Of a stretch of 64,000 nucleotides of DNA, positions 12,721 through 25,727 are shown piece by piece. The position numbers and the translations under genes were made by a program. The notes beneath the pieces were generated by a model, which saw only the letters and a program-made list of their open reading frames with translations, ran no database searches and had not been told where the DNA came from. Numbering within the stretch: position 1 is the first letter of the stretch; the number at the start of each line of letters is the position of its first letter. This DNA comes from Octopus vulgaris (lineage: Eukaryota), in assembly GCA_951406725.2 (NCBI GenBank), contig OX597821.1, positions 110,856,001 through 110,920,000 on the forward strand. The letters run 5' to 3'.

Positions 12721-13739
12721 CTTCTTGTACCAATATCTACCAATGTCCAACTACTAGAGCCTTCCATTTATGCAGTTTGCCTACGTCTATAGTAAAAGAT
12801 TTCGGGTTAGTTGTGTTGTAAGTCTTACTGTTGCTGTTTGTACAGTATTCTCTCCTCACTGTGTTTAGTCACGAAGCACATTGTCCAACACTCTTACAAT
12901 AATAAAAGTGAAACAAAGGCAGTGTACTTCAACAGAAATACAGCAACAAAAGGGTTTAAAGAAACGCATAAAGAAAAGAAACTCAACGATTCTTTGCCAG
13001 TGCAACCCACCAATGGATTCTTCAGGCTCAACTGTTTCATCCATTTCTTTATTATTTAAATAAACCAGTGATCTTACTACAATGTCCATTAGATAATCCA
13101 AATTCTACGACAGTTTTATTTTAATCTAATTTCTTAATCCCAATTAAAACGGAGAATATCGAAGTTGATGTTCTCACGTAGCTGCCGCTGCCGACAATCA
13201 AACAAGCATAAGCGAAACGAGCAAATATATATTTACGAAGATGGACAAACATAATGGTGGATTTTATCTGACGTTTTAAATCGGAAAAGCCTGGAGTCTC
13301 TGATACAATTACCACAGAACAATTCATCATTGTATATCTTGCATGGCGACTACAAATTACGTGAGTTTTCCTTGTCGTACAGTTTATTCAAGCAGACTTT
13401 TCCGAGTGTTCCATGGACAATACTTTACTATCCAAAGACATTTATATCCAAACAATGACATCGACGTCCTACAGAGAAGGAAAATGGCTGCAGTATATTC
13501 TTACAGCGTATTTTCTCAAACAATTCGGCCTCTCCAGCAATCTTTATGGTATTTGTTCTGTTTCTCTTCACACGTCATTCTGACTCTCATTCGCGATACG
13601 TGCCTATGTGCATAAATAAATATATATATATATATATATATTGATAAAACGGTAAGATAACAAAAGAAAGAAAGAGACCTCAATATTATGTAAATAGAGG
13701 AAATTTATCTATACAATATGTTACATTACTCGGTAGTCA

Positions 13740-13802
13740 AGATAAAACTCTGAGTTTCAGATGCCGAAGTGGAAATCCACAACACCATCTCTTCGGTTAT
13801 CT
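13740..13802 (-). ncRNA. Hammerhead-like ribozyme in the 3' pLTR (C4 core variant)
   Basis: AGAUAA-CCGAAGA-GAUG[22 nt]CAUC-U-GAA-ACUC-A-GAGU-U-UUAUCU on the ORF-sense strand. Confidence 0.65.
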
Positions 13803-14010
13803 GGCTATTTGAAAACGTTATGAAAAAATACCGTTAAAAATGAAGGGAAATTTCTGTTATAACTCTGCTTTGCCTGCGTACTTATACATCGCTCGCATTT
13901 TTCGTCATAAAAATTATATAAAAATACATAAAAATATATATACATAAAAATATATAAAAATATATAAAAATATATAAATTCTTCTTGGGACATAACACAG
14001 AAAGCATGTT

Positions 14011-15849
14011 CTATCCGTTTTCTTTAGGGGACCAAAAACGTAACAGAAATTTAGTCACATGTGGGCATGATCCGAAAAGCTCTGTCCTTGTATTTAGACA
14101 TGTGGTAGGGTCTAAGCTGCTTTTCCAGATAAGCCATCTCTCCATGTCGCATAAACCGCACCTTCCGCTGCCGTTAGTATAGGGCTTACATCTGGCCAAA
14201 ATCTTCCATTGTATGTTATAATCGACACCTTTATCTCTTAAAGACCAAATATGATTGGATAATTGTGTCGCTTTTCTTTTGTTCCAGTGCCTAAAGCTCA
14301 AAGTGTGGTTATTGAACCTGGCCTTGAAATTACCCTCTGTAAGGCCCACGTATTTCTTCGTCGAAACGGTGTCTTTAGTGGTTATAGAGTTTACGGTAGC
14401 TTCATATATGATGGTCTTGGACATGCAAGCTCCATTTAGCGGGCACAGTTCTTTATTCCTGCATGAACAGCTGTTTTCTTCTTGTGTTTTTTGTATGTTA
14501 TGATTGATTATGTTTTTAAAATTGGTAGTTGAACTAAAACTAATTTTTAAATTGTGTCTATTGAAGAGTTTCCTATAAGCATGGTTAACTGGAAAATGTC
14601 TATCTATCAGTGCTAGGAAATATTTGCCTATATTGAAGGCCACCTCGGGTGAGTAAGAGGGCGTAAACCAGATGACCTTCCTATTTCTATTATTCCTTTT
14701 CCTTACTGTTGGGCTAGTGATAGGTGTATATTTTATTTTTTCGCTAAAACCACTATCTTTTAAAGCTTTATTATAAACTGGGGCAACGCTATTGAAGATG
14801 TCCTCATTAGATGAGAGGCTAGAAATCCTCTTACTAATATTTTTAACTAAATTTTTGAATACTATAGGGGGATGGCATGAACCTACATTAATATAACTTA
14901 GTCTATCATTGGGCTTCCTATAAGGCTTATAAATATTATTATTAAGATCTAAGGAAACGTCTAAGAAATTGACAACCGTCAGGTTAGTGTCTATAGTTAT
15001 ACTAAGTCCGAAGTGTTTCATTAACTGGATAATATCCTTCCTAAAACGATCTTGTGCTGGTCCATTTGTATTAGCTGTTAAGGCGAGGGCATCATCTTTG
15101 TAGATGGCGAAATGTACGTTAGGGAATGTCTTACCGAAGGTATCTAGGAGAAAGAGTCCAATTAGATCACAGATGCCTGCCCCATCATATGAACCCATGC
15201 TCACATCGAAAGCGCCCTCCGTGTCGGTGTTTTTTACCCACTTTGCATTCTCACTGAAAAGTAATGTCTTTCTAGCATGGAAGATTATATCCTTATCATT
15301 GGTACTAATTTCTATGATGTCACTAGCGAAGATTAGGGCTTTATCTAGCAGTTCTTTAGAGATAGAGGCATAAAAATCAACAATATCGAATTGTGTAAAC
15401 CTCGCTTTTTTCTTATTCTTAATAGCTTTAAACCAGTCTACGACTTCTATACTATTGGACCATTGCACTAGCCTAGTATCGGTCTTAATTTTCGTATTTA
15501 TTTTATCTAAAATTTCTTTACTAATAATCCCTAGTTCTGACTTGGCTGGGTTGATAAGCCTACATTTAGGGTTGGAAAGGAAGTTTTCTTTGTGATCTTT
15601 AATAGTAATAAAGGCCTCTTTTTGGGGGAGGGCTTCTATTTTTTTATCTAATTTAAGTTTAGCGGCGATGACGCTAGCTTCTTTATTAATTTCGTTATAT
15701 GTCTGTGCCCTAGCCTTAGTATAATTATTAATGATGCTGTTGTGTAAGAGTTGTGTGTATTTGCTGTTATCTACCAGGTATAAGTTCTTGGTTTTATCCG
15801 AAAAAAATGCTTTTTTCTTTGAGCTTTTTATATGATTAATATCTTTTTT
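14011..15849 (-). CDS. PLE reverse transcriptase + C-terminal GIY-YIG endonuclease (Naiad-like), N-terminus missing
   Basis: Frame read by hand is open from 15849: SDKTKNLY, KDHKENF..NPKCRLINPAKS, FDIVDFY, MGSYDGA, YKDD, CSCRNKELCPLNGAC, IIYEA...YVGLTEGNFKARFNNH, CGLC, SCPH. Confidence 0.93.
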   Translation of the reverse strand, partial: KKDINHIKSSKKKAFFSDKTKNLYLVDNSKYTQLLHNSIINNYTKARAQTYNEINKEASVIAAKLKLDKKIEALPQKEAFITIKDHKENFLSNPKCRLINPAKSELGIISKEILDKINTKIKTDTRLVQWSNSIEVVDWFKAIKNKKKARFTQFDIVDFYASISKELLDKALIFASDIIEISTNDKDIIFHARKTLLFSENAKWVKNTDTEGAFDVSMGSYDGAGICDLIGLFLLDTFGKTFPNVHFAIYKDDALALTANTNGPAQDRFRKDIIQLMKHFGLSITIDTNLTVVNFLDVSLDLNNNIYKPYRKPNDRLSYINVGSCHPPIVFKNLVKNISKRISSLSSNEDIFNSVAPVYNKALKDSGFSEKIKYTPITSPTVRKRNNRNRKVIWFTPSYSPEVAFNIGKYFLALIDRHFPVNHAYRKLFNRHNLKISFSSTTNFKNIINHNIQKTQEENSCSCRNKELCPLNGACMSKTIIYEATVNSITTKDTVSTKKYVGLTEGNFKARFNNHTLSFRHWNKRKATQLSNHIWSLRDKGVDYNIQWKILARCKPYTNGSGRCGLCDMERWLIWKSSLDPTTCLNTRTELFGSCPHVTKFLLRFWSPKENG

Positions 15850-16103
15850 TCAATTTATGTTGGAAATCGTTAAAAGACTTACGAAATTTTATTTTGCTCA
15901 TGATTTTCAGCATGATTTTCTGTGTTATGTCCCAAGAAGAATTTATATATTTTTATATATTTTTATATATTTTTATGTATTTTTATATAATTTTTATGAC
16001 GAAAAATGCGAGCGATGTATGAGTACGCAGGCAAAGCAGAGTTATAACAGAGTAATTTCCCTTCATTTTTAACGGTATTTTTTCATAACGTTTTCAAATA
16101 GCC

Positions 16104-16166
16104 AGATAACCGAAGAGATGGTGTTGTGGATTTCCACTTCGGCATCTGAAACTCAGAGTTTTATCT
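16104..16166 (+). ncRNA. Hammerhead-like ribozyme in the inverted pLTR copy
   Basis: Same sequence as 13740-13802 in the opposite orientation. Confidence 0.65.
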
Positions 16167-16188
16167 TGACTACCGAGTAATGTAAAAT

Positions 16189-16240
<52 letters not shown>

Positions 16241-16285
16241 CATATATGTTTGTGATATATCTGTGTGCAAATTATATGAATATAC

Positions 16286-16352
<67 letters not shown>

Positions 16353-16491
16353 TTGAAAACCCCACTGGATTGGGAGAAAGCGCTAATAATCCGAATGATA
16401 TGATCTGAATGATATGATAGATATATATGTAAAAAATGTAATATATAAATAAATATCTATAAATATGAACCATCCGATCTGTTTACCTCAT

Positions 16492-16602
<111 letters not shown>

Positions 16603-16789
16603 ACTTAGAGTATCTACGAGATACTGCCATGCTGAAAATAGTAGACCACATTAAGTATTCATGTAGCACAGGGCGAGAAGACAAAAAGACAAAATAAAAC
16701 ATGTGAAAAATTACTGGATACTTCCAGATCCCGGATTTCTGACTTTGCATTTAGAAATGCTCTGCCTTTCTAAGAATAAAGACAAGCCA

Positions 16790-16967
16790 AAATTACTACC
16801 TGCTTTTATAGCATGTTGATGCAGGTAGTTTAACCCATCCTCCAACTTATTATTCAGGTGATGGCCCAATATATATATATATATTGGGTCATCCCCTGAA
16901 TAATAAGCTGGAGAGGGGATGGGTTAAACTACCTGCATCAACTTGCTATAAAAACAGGTAGTAATTT
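16790..16967. repeat. Imperfect inverted repeat centred on (TA)n
   Basis: aaattactacctg...ggcccaata (TA)n tattgggtc...caggtagtaattt. Confidence 0.88.
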
Positions 16968-17105
16968 AGGTGCTACAAAAAAGGGACAACAAAACATCCA
17001 GATAGACGATACAAAGAAAACAAGGACGAGTCATTCGGAGTTTTCTTTCCTCAGTCGAGTTCCAGATCATCTTTGCAATTTCGGCTGGTTATACTCGAGA
17101 TTGCT

Positions 17106-17141
<36 letters not shown>

Positions 17142-17459
17142 TGACATATATATATATATATATTTATAAAGAAAATTCTTTATAAAAGTTCTGAAAACTA
17201 TTTACAGCCTTGGATTTTTCTTTTATCTCATTCTGTCAATTAATATAATATGCATGCTAATACACGACCCACGTTGGACTCCTCACTCGTAACATTATCG
17301 AACCTGGAGCTTAACCACGGTCTATCCATAGCACTTACACTTTTTGGGTCTTCTTGACACCAATACCTCTTACCCTCGATATTTATGTATTTTTGTTGTT
17401 TTGTTTTTGTTTTTCCAGTTTCAGCTCTTGAGCTGTGGCCATGCTGGGGCACCGCCATT

Positions 17460-17623
17460 GTGGTGAAAGAGTACAGCAGGGATCACCACCCCCTGCCGGA
17501 GCCTCGTAGAGCTTTTAGGTGTTTTCGCTCAATAAACACACACAACGCCCGGTCTGAGAATCGAAACCGCGATCCTGCGACCGCGAGTCCGCTGCCCTAA
17601 CCACTAGGCCATTGCGCCTCCAC
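17460..17623 (-). mobile_element. tRNA-Arg-like SINE, 5' part
   Basis: Matches 6780-6946. Confidence 0.85.
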
Positions 17624-17730
17624 TATATATATATATATATCCTTAAAATCCTTTAAAATTTTTCAGCATTAGTATGTGAATCCACCTCTGATACGTGGCA
17701 CTTGGTCAACAAGGGAGTTCGATGCCGCTG

Positions 17731-17880
<150 letters not shown>

Positions 17881-18266
17881 GTATGTATGTATGTATGTAT
17901 GTATGTATGTATGTATGTATGTATGTATACACCACTCCCGAAAATGCAGTATTTTATATTCATTCACATTCTTCCCCATAGATTCAAATTCTGAATTACA
18001 TATGCAATTAACAATCTTTCACCATTAACATATCCAACCCAGCCACCAAAGAAGATATGTCTAATGTCGCCAAATTATGTAAATACCACAGCTTCTTCCT
18101 TAGATTGCATTCAACCGGGGATCGCCAACGGTGAAACTTGAGTAGATTGTCATCTTTTGACACAATAAGCATGCGTATCTATCTGACGATACACAGTACA
18201 TGTGTGTGCGCGCGAGCTTCTGTGTGTGCTTGTGTGTGCAATACACACAATATATATATACACACG

Positions 18267-18304
<38 letters not shown>

Positions 18305-18369
18305 GTTTAAATATTTGTTGTGCAAGATTTTTTATTGGCTAAACTGGCAATATGACCATTCCGAAATAT

Positions 18370-18459
<90 letters not shown>

Positions 18460-18631
18460 ATGGTGAGATAGAGAAAATTATACACCAGATAATGCTTGCA
18501 GTATGTATGATATATACGTATATGTATAATTATATATGCGTGTATATATATATATATGTATATATATATATGTATATATACATATATATTTTTTTCTCTC
18601 CTTGTTTCTTTCTGTGTTTCTTTTCTGTGTA

Positions 18632-18669
18632 TCTTTCTGTTGAAGAGCGTAGGCTCGAAACGTTAAAGA
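18632..18669 (+). ncRNA. Hammerhead-like motif (CUGUUGA core), copy 1, in element ~18588-18768
   Basis: UCUUU-CUGUUGA-A-GAGC[guag]GCUC-GAA-ACGU-U-AAAGA. Confidence 0.65.
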
Positions 18670-18794
18670 CTTGTTTTATTTATATTCCTGAGCGCCATAC
18701 TAATACAATTGTTTGTTTGTATTCCACCTGCTTTCGTCTTTTGTTTATTTTCATAAAGCTTCCCGTTATATATATATGTATATGTATATACATA

Positions 18795-18825
<31 letters not shown>

Positions 18826-18860
18826 CTATATCTATAGAAATTGATATATATATAGATAGA

Positions 18861-18904
<44 letters not shown>

Positions 18905-18996
18905 TACTCTTTCCCAGTTTTATTTGTTTCAGTCATGTGACTGCAGCCATGTATATACATATATATATAGAGAGAGAGAGGGGGGATAATGTGTTA

Positions 18997-19054
<58 letters not shown>

Positions 19055-19735
19055 ATCTTTTTCTCTTTTCAAAAATATTTCTCCCAGAGTTCACTATTTT
19101 CCTCTCGTTCTGGTCCAACGACCCTCCATGTTTGTTTTCGTTCGGTTTCCATGTATGTCTCCGCTGTCATCTTTTTCTTCCCAGCTTTGACTCTCCATAA
19201 ATCCTAAATTTTATTTCAGAATTTTTAGAATTTATAGGAGCAACTGTCTTTGAAGTCTCATATTGTCGTAGAATGCTCTAATGATAGACAGATCGACAAC
19301 TGATGAACGATCAAAAGAAGGCAGCAGTGTCGAACCCCCGCCTTTTTCAAAAGCCAGTAGCATAAGAATGGCCATTGAAAAGGTGACAACATTGGCAGTG
19401 CCCCAGCTTGGAAACAACCTCTGGTCTAAAACGTATAAAAGAATATGTACAGTATAGATAGATAGATAGATTGTATCTATCTATCTATCTATCTATATAT
19501 ATATTAATAAATAAAACATATGCATATATATAAACATATATGTACGTACCTACCTCTACATGTACATATACACGCATATATGAGTACAGGACACCAAAAA
19601 GACGTCGAACACAATGAGAAACGAAAACATAGACACAAACCCAAGGAACTGGACATTTTTTTAAACAACAAAAAAATAGAGTACAGGACAATTAAAACAA
19701 AGAAAAAAAACCCTATATATATATATATATATATA

Positions 19736-20156
19736 CTACACTACACCATACGACATTATACATCACATCATACATACATACACACGTCCAGACTTTTCAT
19801 ACGCACATACATACTCTCTCATACACACACGCACCCTTATTTTGGGGCGAGGTCATTTAACCCTGTTATCTCCCCTACTATCCCTGTTGCGTCTAACGTC
19901 TGATCTCTGACTTCTGGCCGAATTCAGACCGCCATGTTGATTCGTTAGCTCCTGCACGCATTTTTTTTCTCCCCTTGTTTCTGTCCGTGTTTCTTTTCTG
20001 TGTATCTTTTTCTTTTCTGTGTATCTTTCTGTTGAAGAGCGTAGGCTCGAAACGTAAAAGACTTGTTTTATTTCTATTCCTGAGCGCCATACTAATACAA
20101 TTTTTTGTTTGTACTCCACCTGCCTTCGTCTTCTGTTTATTTTCATAAAGCTTCCT

Positions 20157-20158
<2 letters not shown>
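19736..20158 (+). mobile_element. (TA)n-embedded non-coding element (solo pLTR-like) with HHR-like motif at 20024-20061
   Basis: Homologous to 18588-18768, 58555-59033 and 44590-44695 (reverse); putative cleavage triplet GUA. Confidence 0.75.
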
Positions 20159-20253
<95 letters not shown>

Positions 20254-20279
20254 GCAGTATACATATATATATATATGCG

Positions 20280-20318
<39 letters not shown>

Positions 20319-20819
20319 AACATATGCACACCCACAAGCACACACACACACACACACATATGTATATATATATACATATATGTATATACCTATATATCTA
20401 TAAATACATATATACTTACACATAAACCAAGGTATATTGTTCGACGGTCTAACGACCTTGCTACTCCAAAACTCTTCAGTTTCACCGCGACAGGATTCGA
20501 TCTCAAAATGCGGAGTGGGTGTGAGCATTCAGTCCAATGCTCAAACGACTCTTCCAGCGCAAAAACAACTTTTTGAGGGGAGGGGGCTAAGTCGATACCA
20601 TTGCTTTGGCCCGTAATGGCAAAGTTGTCCTCGACAGGGTCAGACGGCATAATGTAAAGCCTTTTTGTCCGACGCACTTCTGCCAGTCCATTATTTTTAT
20701 ATAATTCTTTGTAAAATAGGCGCAAGACCTGAAAGTGGCCATCGTATATTCATCGTGTTGGTCACCAACATAACCCTGGTCATGGTGATGACAACGGCGA
20801 CAGAGTTGTCACTGTCATT

Positions 20820-20956
20820 ATAATGATGATGATGATGATGATGATGACGATGACGATGATGATGAAGATGATGATGATAATAACGACGGTGTTGATGATG
20901 TTGGGAATGATGACGATGACGATGAAGATGAAGATGATGACGACGACGTCGACGAC

Positions 20957-20988
<32 letters not shown>

Positions 20989-21480
20989 CGACGACAATGC
21001 CCATGATGATGATGATGACGACGACGACGATGATGATGACGATGATAACGACGGTGTTGGTGATGTTGATGAGGTGATGGTGTTGGTGATAGTGGTGAAG
21101 ATGGTGGCACATGATTGTGACGCTGGCGGTGTTGTTGTTGTTGGTAGTGGTGGGGGTGATGATGATGATGGATGGTGGTCGTCGTGGCGTTGGTGGTGAT
21201 GGGTGATGGTGGCGGGCGATGGCAGTGGTGATGTGTGTGTTTGTAGGGGAAGGGGGTTAATGGAGGTGACGGTGATGGTGGTGAAGATCGTGGCACATGA
21301 CTGTGACGCTGTTGCTGGTGGGGTGGAGGTAATGGGTAGTGGTGGTGGTTGTGGTGGTGGTGGTGGTGGTGGTGGTGGTGGTGGTGATGGTGATGGGCGG
21401 TGGCTGTGACGATGCTGACGGTTTCGATTACGACGATGACGTGAAGCAATGTTGATGACGACAATGATGTTATATGCGAT
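20820..21480. repeat. (GAT)n/(GAC)n/(GGT)n low-complexity tract
   Basis: Direct reading. Confidence 0.95.
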
Positions 21481-21773
21481 CAAGAGGATCGTGCGTTCTG
21501 CAGTGCAAACCTACCCAAAACTGATAACAAAACCATTTATGTGTCTGCCCCACCGTCCCATCGGCCCCACCGTCCCACCACCACCAACAACAACAACAAC
21601 AACAATACGCTCTTCTCCTCTAAAATATCATCTTTCCATCTTTTACAAAACGTTTTACACTTTTTGTTGTATTTTAATACTATTTATATATATGTGCGTG
21701 TGTGCGTGTGTGTGCGTGTGTCTGCGTGAGTGCGTGTATATACACATACATTTATATATATATATATACACAC

Positions 21774-21819
<46 letters not shown>

Positions 21820-21909
21820 ATATATGTATATATATATATGTATATATATGTATATATATATATGTGTGTATATATATGTATATATATATATGTGTATATA
21901 TATATACAC

Positions 21910-21944
<35 letters not shown>

Positions 21945-22017
21945 CACACACATTTATACATATATACACGCACACATTTATATATATATATATATATATA
22001 CACATACACATTTATAT

Positions 22018-22086
<69 letters not shown>

Positions 22087-22469
22087 CTTTTATTTATATA
22101 TATATATATATACACACACACACATTTATATATATATTCCCTCTCACCTCTCACCCTCAACTATCACCAGCCTTCAACCAATGCTTACCCCAAATACACA
22201 ATCCTAGCCATGTCTAGATTACTCCAAGATCAAGTTTAGCATATTTAGGTGAAGTAGAATAAGGTTTCTAGTTTCGTTTCTGAAAGAAATCTCAGGATGC
22301 CATGCAAGTTCACAAAATTTCTGTCTGCAAACTGTGCCATTTGCAATTAGGTGCATGCAGCCTGCATGGGGGTGGAGGGGGAGCTTTTCTGAGGTGTAGC
22401 GACTAGCTAAAAATAACTGTCAAATCTTCCTAAAAGTATACATGCCCTCACACGTTTTAATGCAGCTTT

Positions 22470-22730
22470 TACTGTGGTGAAGGCACGTGGCCTGGTGGTT
22501 AGGGCGTTGCACTCACGATCGTGATGTCGTGGTTTCGATTCCTGGACTGGACTGGACCGAAATAGGTATGCGTTGTGCTCTTCAGCAAAACACTTCATTA
22601 CACGTTGCTCCAGTCCACTCAGCTCTAGATGAGCAAGCCTGCAGCGGACTGGCGTCATATCCAGGGGAATGTTGTGAGCTCAGTCACTTAAACACCATGG
22701 AAACCAGGTAACCAGCCGTATGAATCCTAG
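22470..22730 (+). mobile_element. Older tRNA-derived SINE
   Basis: tggcctggtggttagggcg A box, gtttcgattcc B box; related fragment at ~33750-33930. Confidence 0.7.
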
Positions 22731-23293
22731 AACTTGCGTTTTTACTAATTCGAAACGAAATGAAGGCGTGATGGTCACAGCATTTGGAATGCTTTTGATC
22801 ATAGGTTTGCTCCAACAGGATTAAATTGAGAACTTTAGCTTACCAACGAGGGAACGACATCAAGGTCGTTCGACTAACTAGAAATAGCACCTAAAGTTCC
22901 CGCAAATCCTAAATAATGTAACTCTATATATACTACGACCGGAAAGTCACTGAGGGAACGCCTTCGACGGCGCAAATTCAGTCTACCCAATTACGTTCAT
23001 ATGGCTTTGAATCTACCCGAGGCGGTTATTGAAGACCCACTGCTAAGTATAACCACACTAGATTTCGTTAGGGGTGGTCGATTTGTCAGAATCGTTAGAG
23101 TGCCGGACATACAGCCTAGCAGAAATTGCTCTAGCTCTGAATCTTGAGTTGAAACCCCACTGAGGCCACCTTTACCATTCGTTCCTCTAGGCATCGATAA
23201 ATAAAAGGCCAGACCAGTGCTAAAGCCAATTCTTCTTTTTCTCTTTTTATTTCCCTTTTACTCTTTCTCTCTCTCTTTCTATCTCTCTCTCTC

Positions 23294-23326
<33 letters not shown>

Positions 23327-23906
23327 TACACACACACTCACTCACTCACTCGTACGTACATGGACGGCTTTAATGAGCAGTAAGGGGATCGTTGTTGTTT
23401 GATCTCTCACAGAGTTCTCCTCTTCAAGAAACGGAGAACTGTTAAGTTTCGGGTCAGCATACTTTGTAACAATCCAAAGAACCCAGAGAGCATGACAGGC
23501 GTGGACGGGCCAGTATGATGCTTTTAGGATCCGAACTACTAGTCTACGAGCAAATAAGGAAGCCTCACAACAATCTATTACTTGGAAAGAGCAACCAAAT
23601 ATCTGTCGAATTATTTTCTATTTCCTAAAAAAAAAAGCAAGAAATGCAGAGCACATTGGATATTGTAGTCCTTGATACACTCTGCCTGAAAAATGATGGT
23701 ATGATTACATACAGAATACGTTTTATCATAAGTTTACCCAAAGAGGGCCGACCTTGGGCTAAACAATAACAGTAACAGCTATCGTCATGAAGATTTTTTA
23801 AGTATCTGCTTCCTGGAATATTTCTAGCAAAGCAAAACATCACTGTTGCAAAAGTTACCGTTTTCCGAACTTAATGCGTTTAACTTTGTTTATTTATCTA
23901 TATCAT

Positions 23907-24740
23907 AGGCGTAGGAGTAGCTGTGTGGTAAGTAGCTTGCTTACTAAGGCACGGAAGTGCCGTCTCGCCGACATGTCCGAGGTGCGGGCAGGACAGGGAA
24001 ACCGTCTTGCACGCATTTGTGGAGTGTCCGGAATTAACGAGACTGATAGTTTTCGCAGAGCAAATGTTGTCATCGATGGGAAGAGTACAGCTATCAGCTG
24101 AATCTATCATCGAGATTGTGCCGCCTCCTGCCCTTAACAGGGTAAGGAAGGCTTGCTTTTTTCTGCGTAGTAGCCATACTGAAAGAAACAGTATGGAAGA
24201 CGCGTGTGAGAGGCATAGTGTCAGGTACCTTTGTATCCGGCCAGGGGTTGGTTAACTTTTTTAGTTATCACCTCAGTAATAAGATCAGGCTGGAGAAAAG
24301 GTACCTGTCACGAGACAGATTCATGAGAAGATGGAAGCCTGTGGCGAGGAAGCTGGGAGTGTTTGGCACCAGGTAAGTGGAAGCCAAAAACAGGAAAGAA
24401 AAGCAAGGGGTCTACCCTGGTGGTCGGATGCCTATCCTTCAGAGACGCCATTACAAATTTCATTTGTAATGAGCAACGCTTAAGTCAAAAGTTATAAACA
24501 TATTTATTGAATTATTGTAAATGTTAAATTGTAAATATTTAATCGCTACAGCTACTTCACCCTTTTATGTTTGTCTGTTCTTGTTCGTCCCCTTTTTGTA
24601 ATGCCTTCCTTCATGGCAAATATTTATGAAATAAAGTAGCTTGCTTACCAACCACATGGTTCCGGGTTCAGTCCCACTGCGTGCCACCTTGGGCAAGTGT
24701 CTTCTACTATAACCTCGGGCCGATCAAGGCATTGTGACAC
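23907..24740 (+). mobile_element. OK-like SINE head split by a LINE insertion
   Basis: Head 23907-23944 resumes at 24634; 15-bp duplication aagtagcttgcttac. Confidence 0.85.
23945..24633 (+). mobile_element. L1/Tx1-type LINE 3' end, 5'-truncated
   Basis: Peptide TCPRCGQDRETVLHAFVECP (C-terminal Cys/His finger); AATAAA at the 3' end; TSD; similar to 53290-53920. Confidence 0.8.
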
Positions 24741-24804
24741 CGCTAATTGACATATTTGACACGTTACTAATTAGCATAAAAGAATAGCCTGGAAAAACAT
24801 GGAT

Positions 24805-25727
24805 TACATGGGAAAAGTGCGAGCATGAGAAATGATATTCTTGAGATTATAAACATGGAAAAATTATAAACCTGGGAAAAATTATAAACCTGGAAAAGAT
24901 TATAAACCTGGAAGATTATAAACCTGGAAATGTTCAGGACAACTTATTACATCTAGTAAAGTACAGGACAAGAAAATACTTAAAATATTGCAGCTGAGGA
25001 TAAAATTTCAAATAAAATATTTAGATTTAGAAAATATTAGTTTTTATTAAAGCTGAAAATTTTATTACAAGTTATAACTGTTATTTATTACTTGTTACTT
25101 CTATTAAAAAGGAAAAAATAACTCAATTAAAATGTTTTGCTCTTTAAAAAAATTCATTTTTTAAATTATTAATTAATAATCAGAAATTTGAAAATAGGTT
25201 ATAGAAAATAATAGTAGCACATAATTAGTACAATAAATAGTATATTACAAAAATTAGTTATATATTACAGTAAAATCTACCTATAACAACAAATTCACAG
25301 TAAAATTTGCTTGAGTTATTACCTAAGTTATAGCCAAGTCTTCACATTTGTAGTCTTGACCCAATGCCTATTTGCAACATAATGAATTTGTCTGCCATAT
25401 ATACTATTCTTCTTTGCATAAAACATTAGCTATATTAGTACTTCTGGCTCTCATTTTTTAAAGTATTCTAGTGTGTCAATATTTTAACAAAATGATGGTA
25501 CCTCTTTTTAATTATAATGTTACTTTGTAAATTAAAATCAAATCATTTTTAATATTCAAATTTAATCCTTAACTGCAATATTTTAAGTAAAAATTTTCTT
25601 GTTCTGTACTTTACCAGATTTGATAAGTTGTCCCGAACATTTCAAAGTGTAATAACTTGTCCTGTAATTTTCCAGGTTTATAATGTTAACAATATTATTT
25701 CTCTTGCTCGTATTTTTCCATGTAATA
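24805..25727. mobile_element. AT-rich MITE/foldback with ~200-bp imperfect TIRs
   Basis: 24805-25020 is reverse-complement similar to 25545-25727; left arm has tandem attataaacctggaaaa units. Confidence 0.7.

Larger units (their letters stand above)
13640..16194 (-). mobile_element. Penelope-like element, 5'-truncated, with inverted pseudo-LTRs
   Basis: ~13711-14004 is the near-perfect reverse complement of ~15917-16194; RT-GIY-YIG ORF between them; (TA)n flanks. Confidence 0.93.

Noticed and set aside
15850-15852. In-frame TGA upstream of the PLE ORF as possible selenocysteine (some Naiads are reported to encode Sec)
   Set aside because: It lies at the truncation/inversion junction beside an A7 run; all conserved Cys positions use normal codons
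17025-17065. ctgagga-aa-gaaa on the minus strand (also 26400 on plus)
   Set aside because: No stem II and no convincing stem I/III
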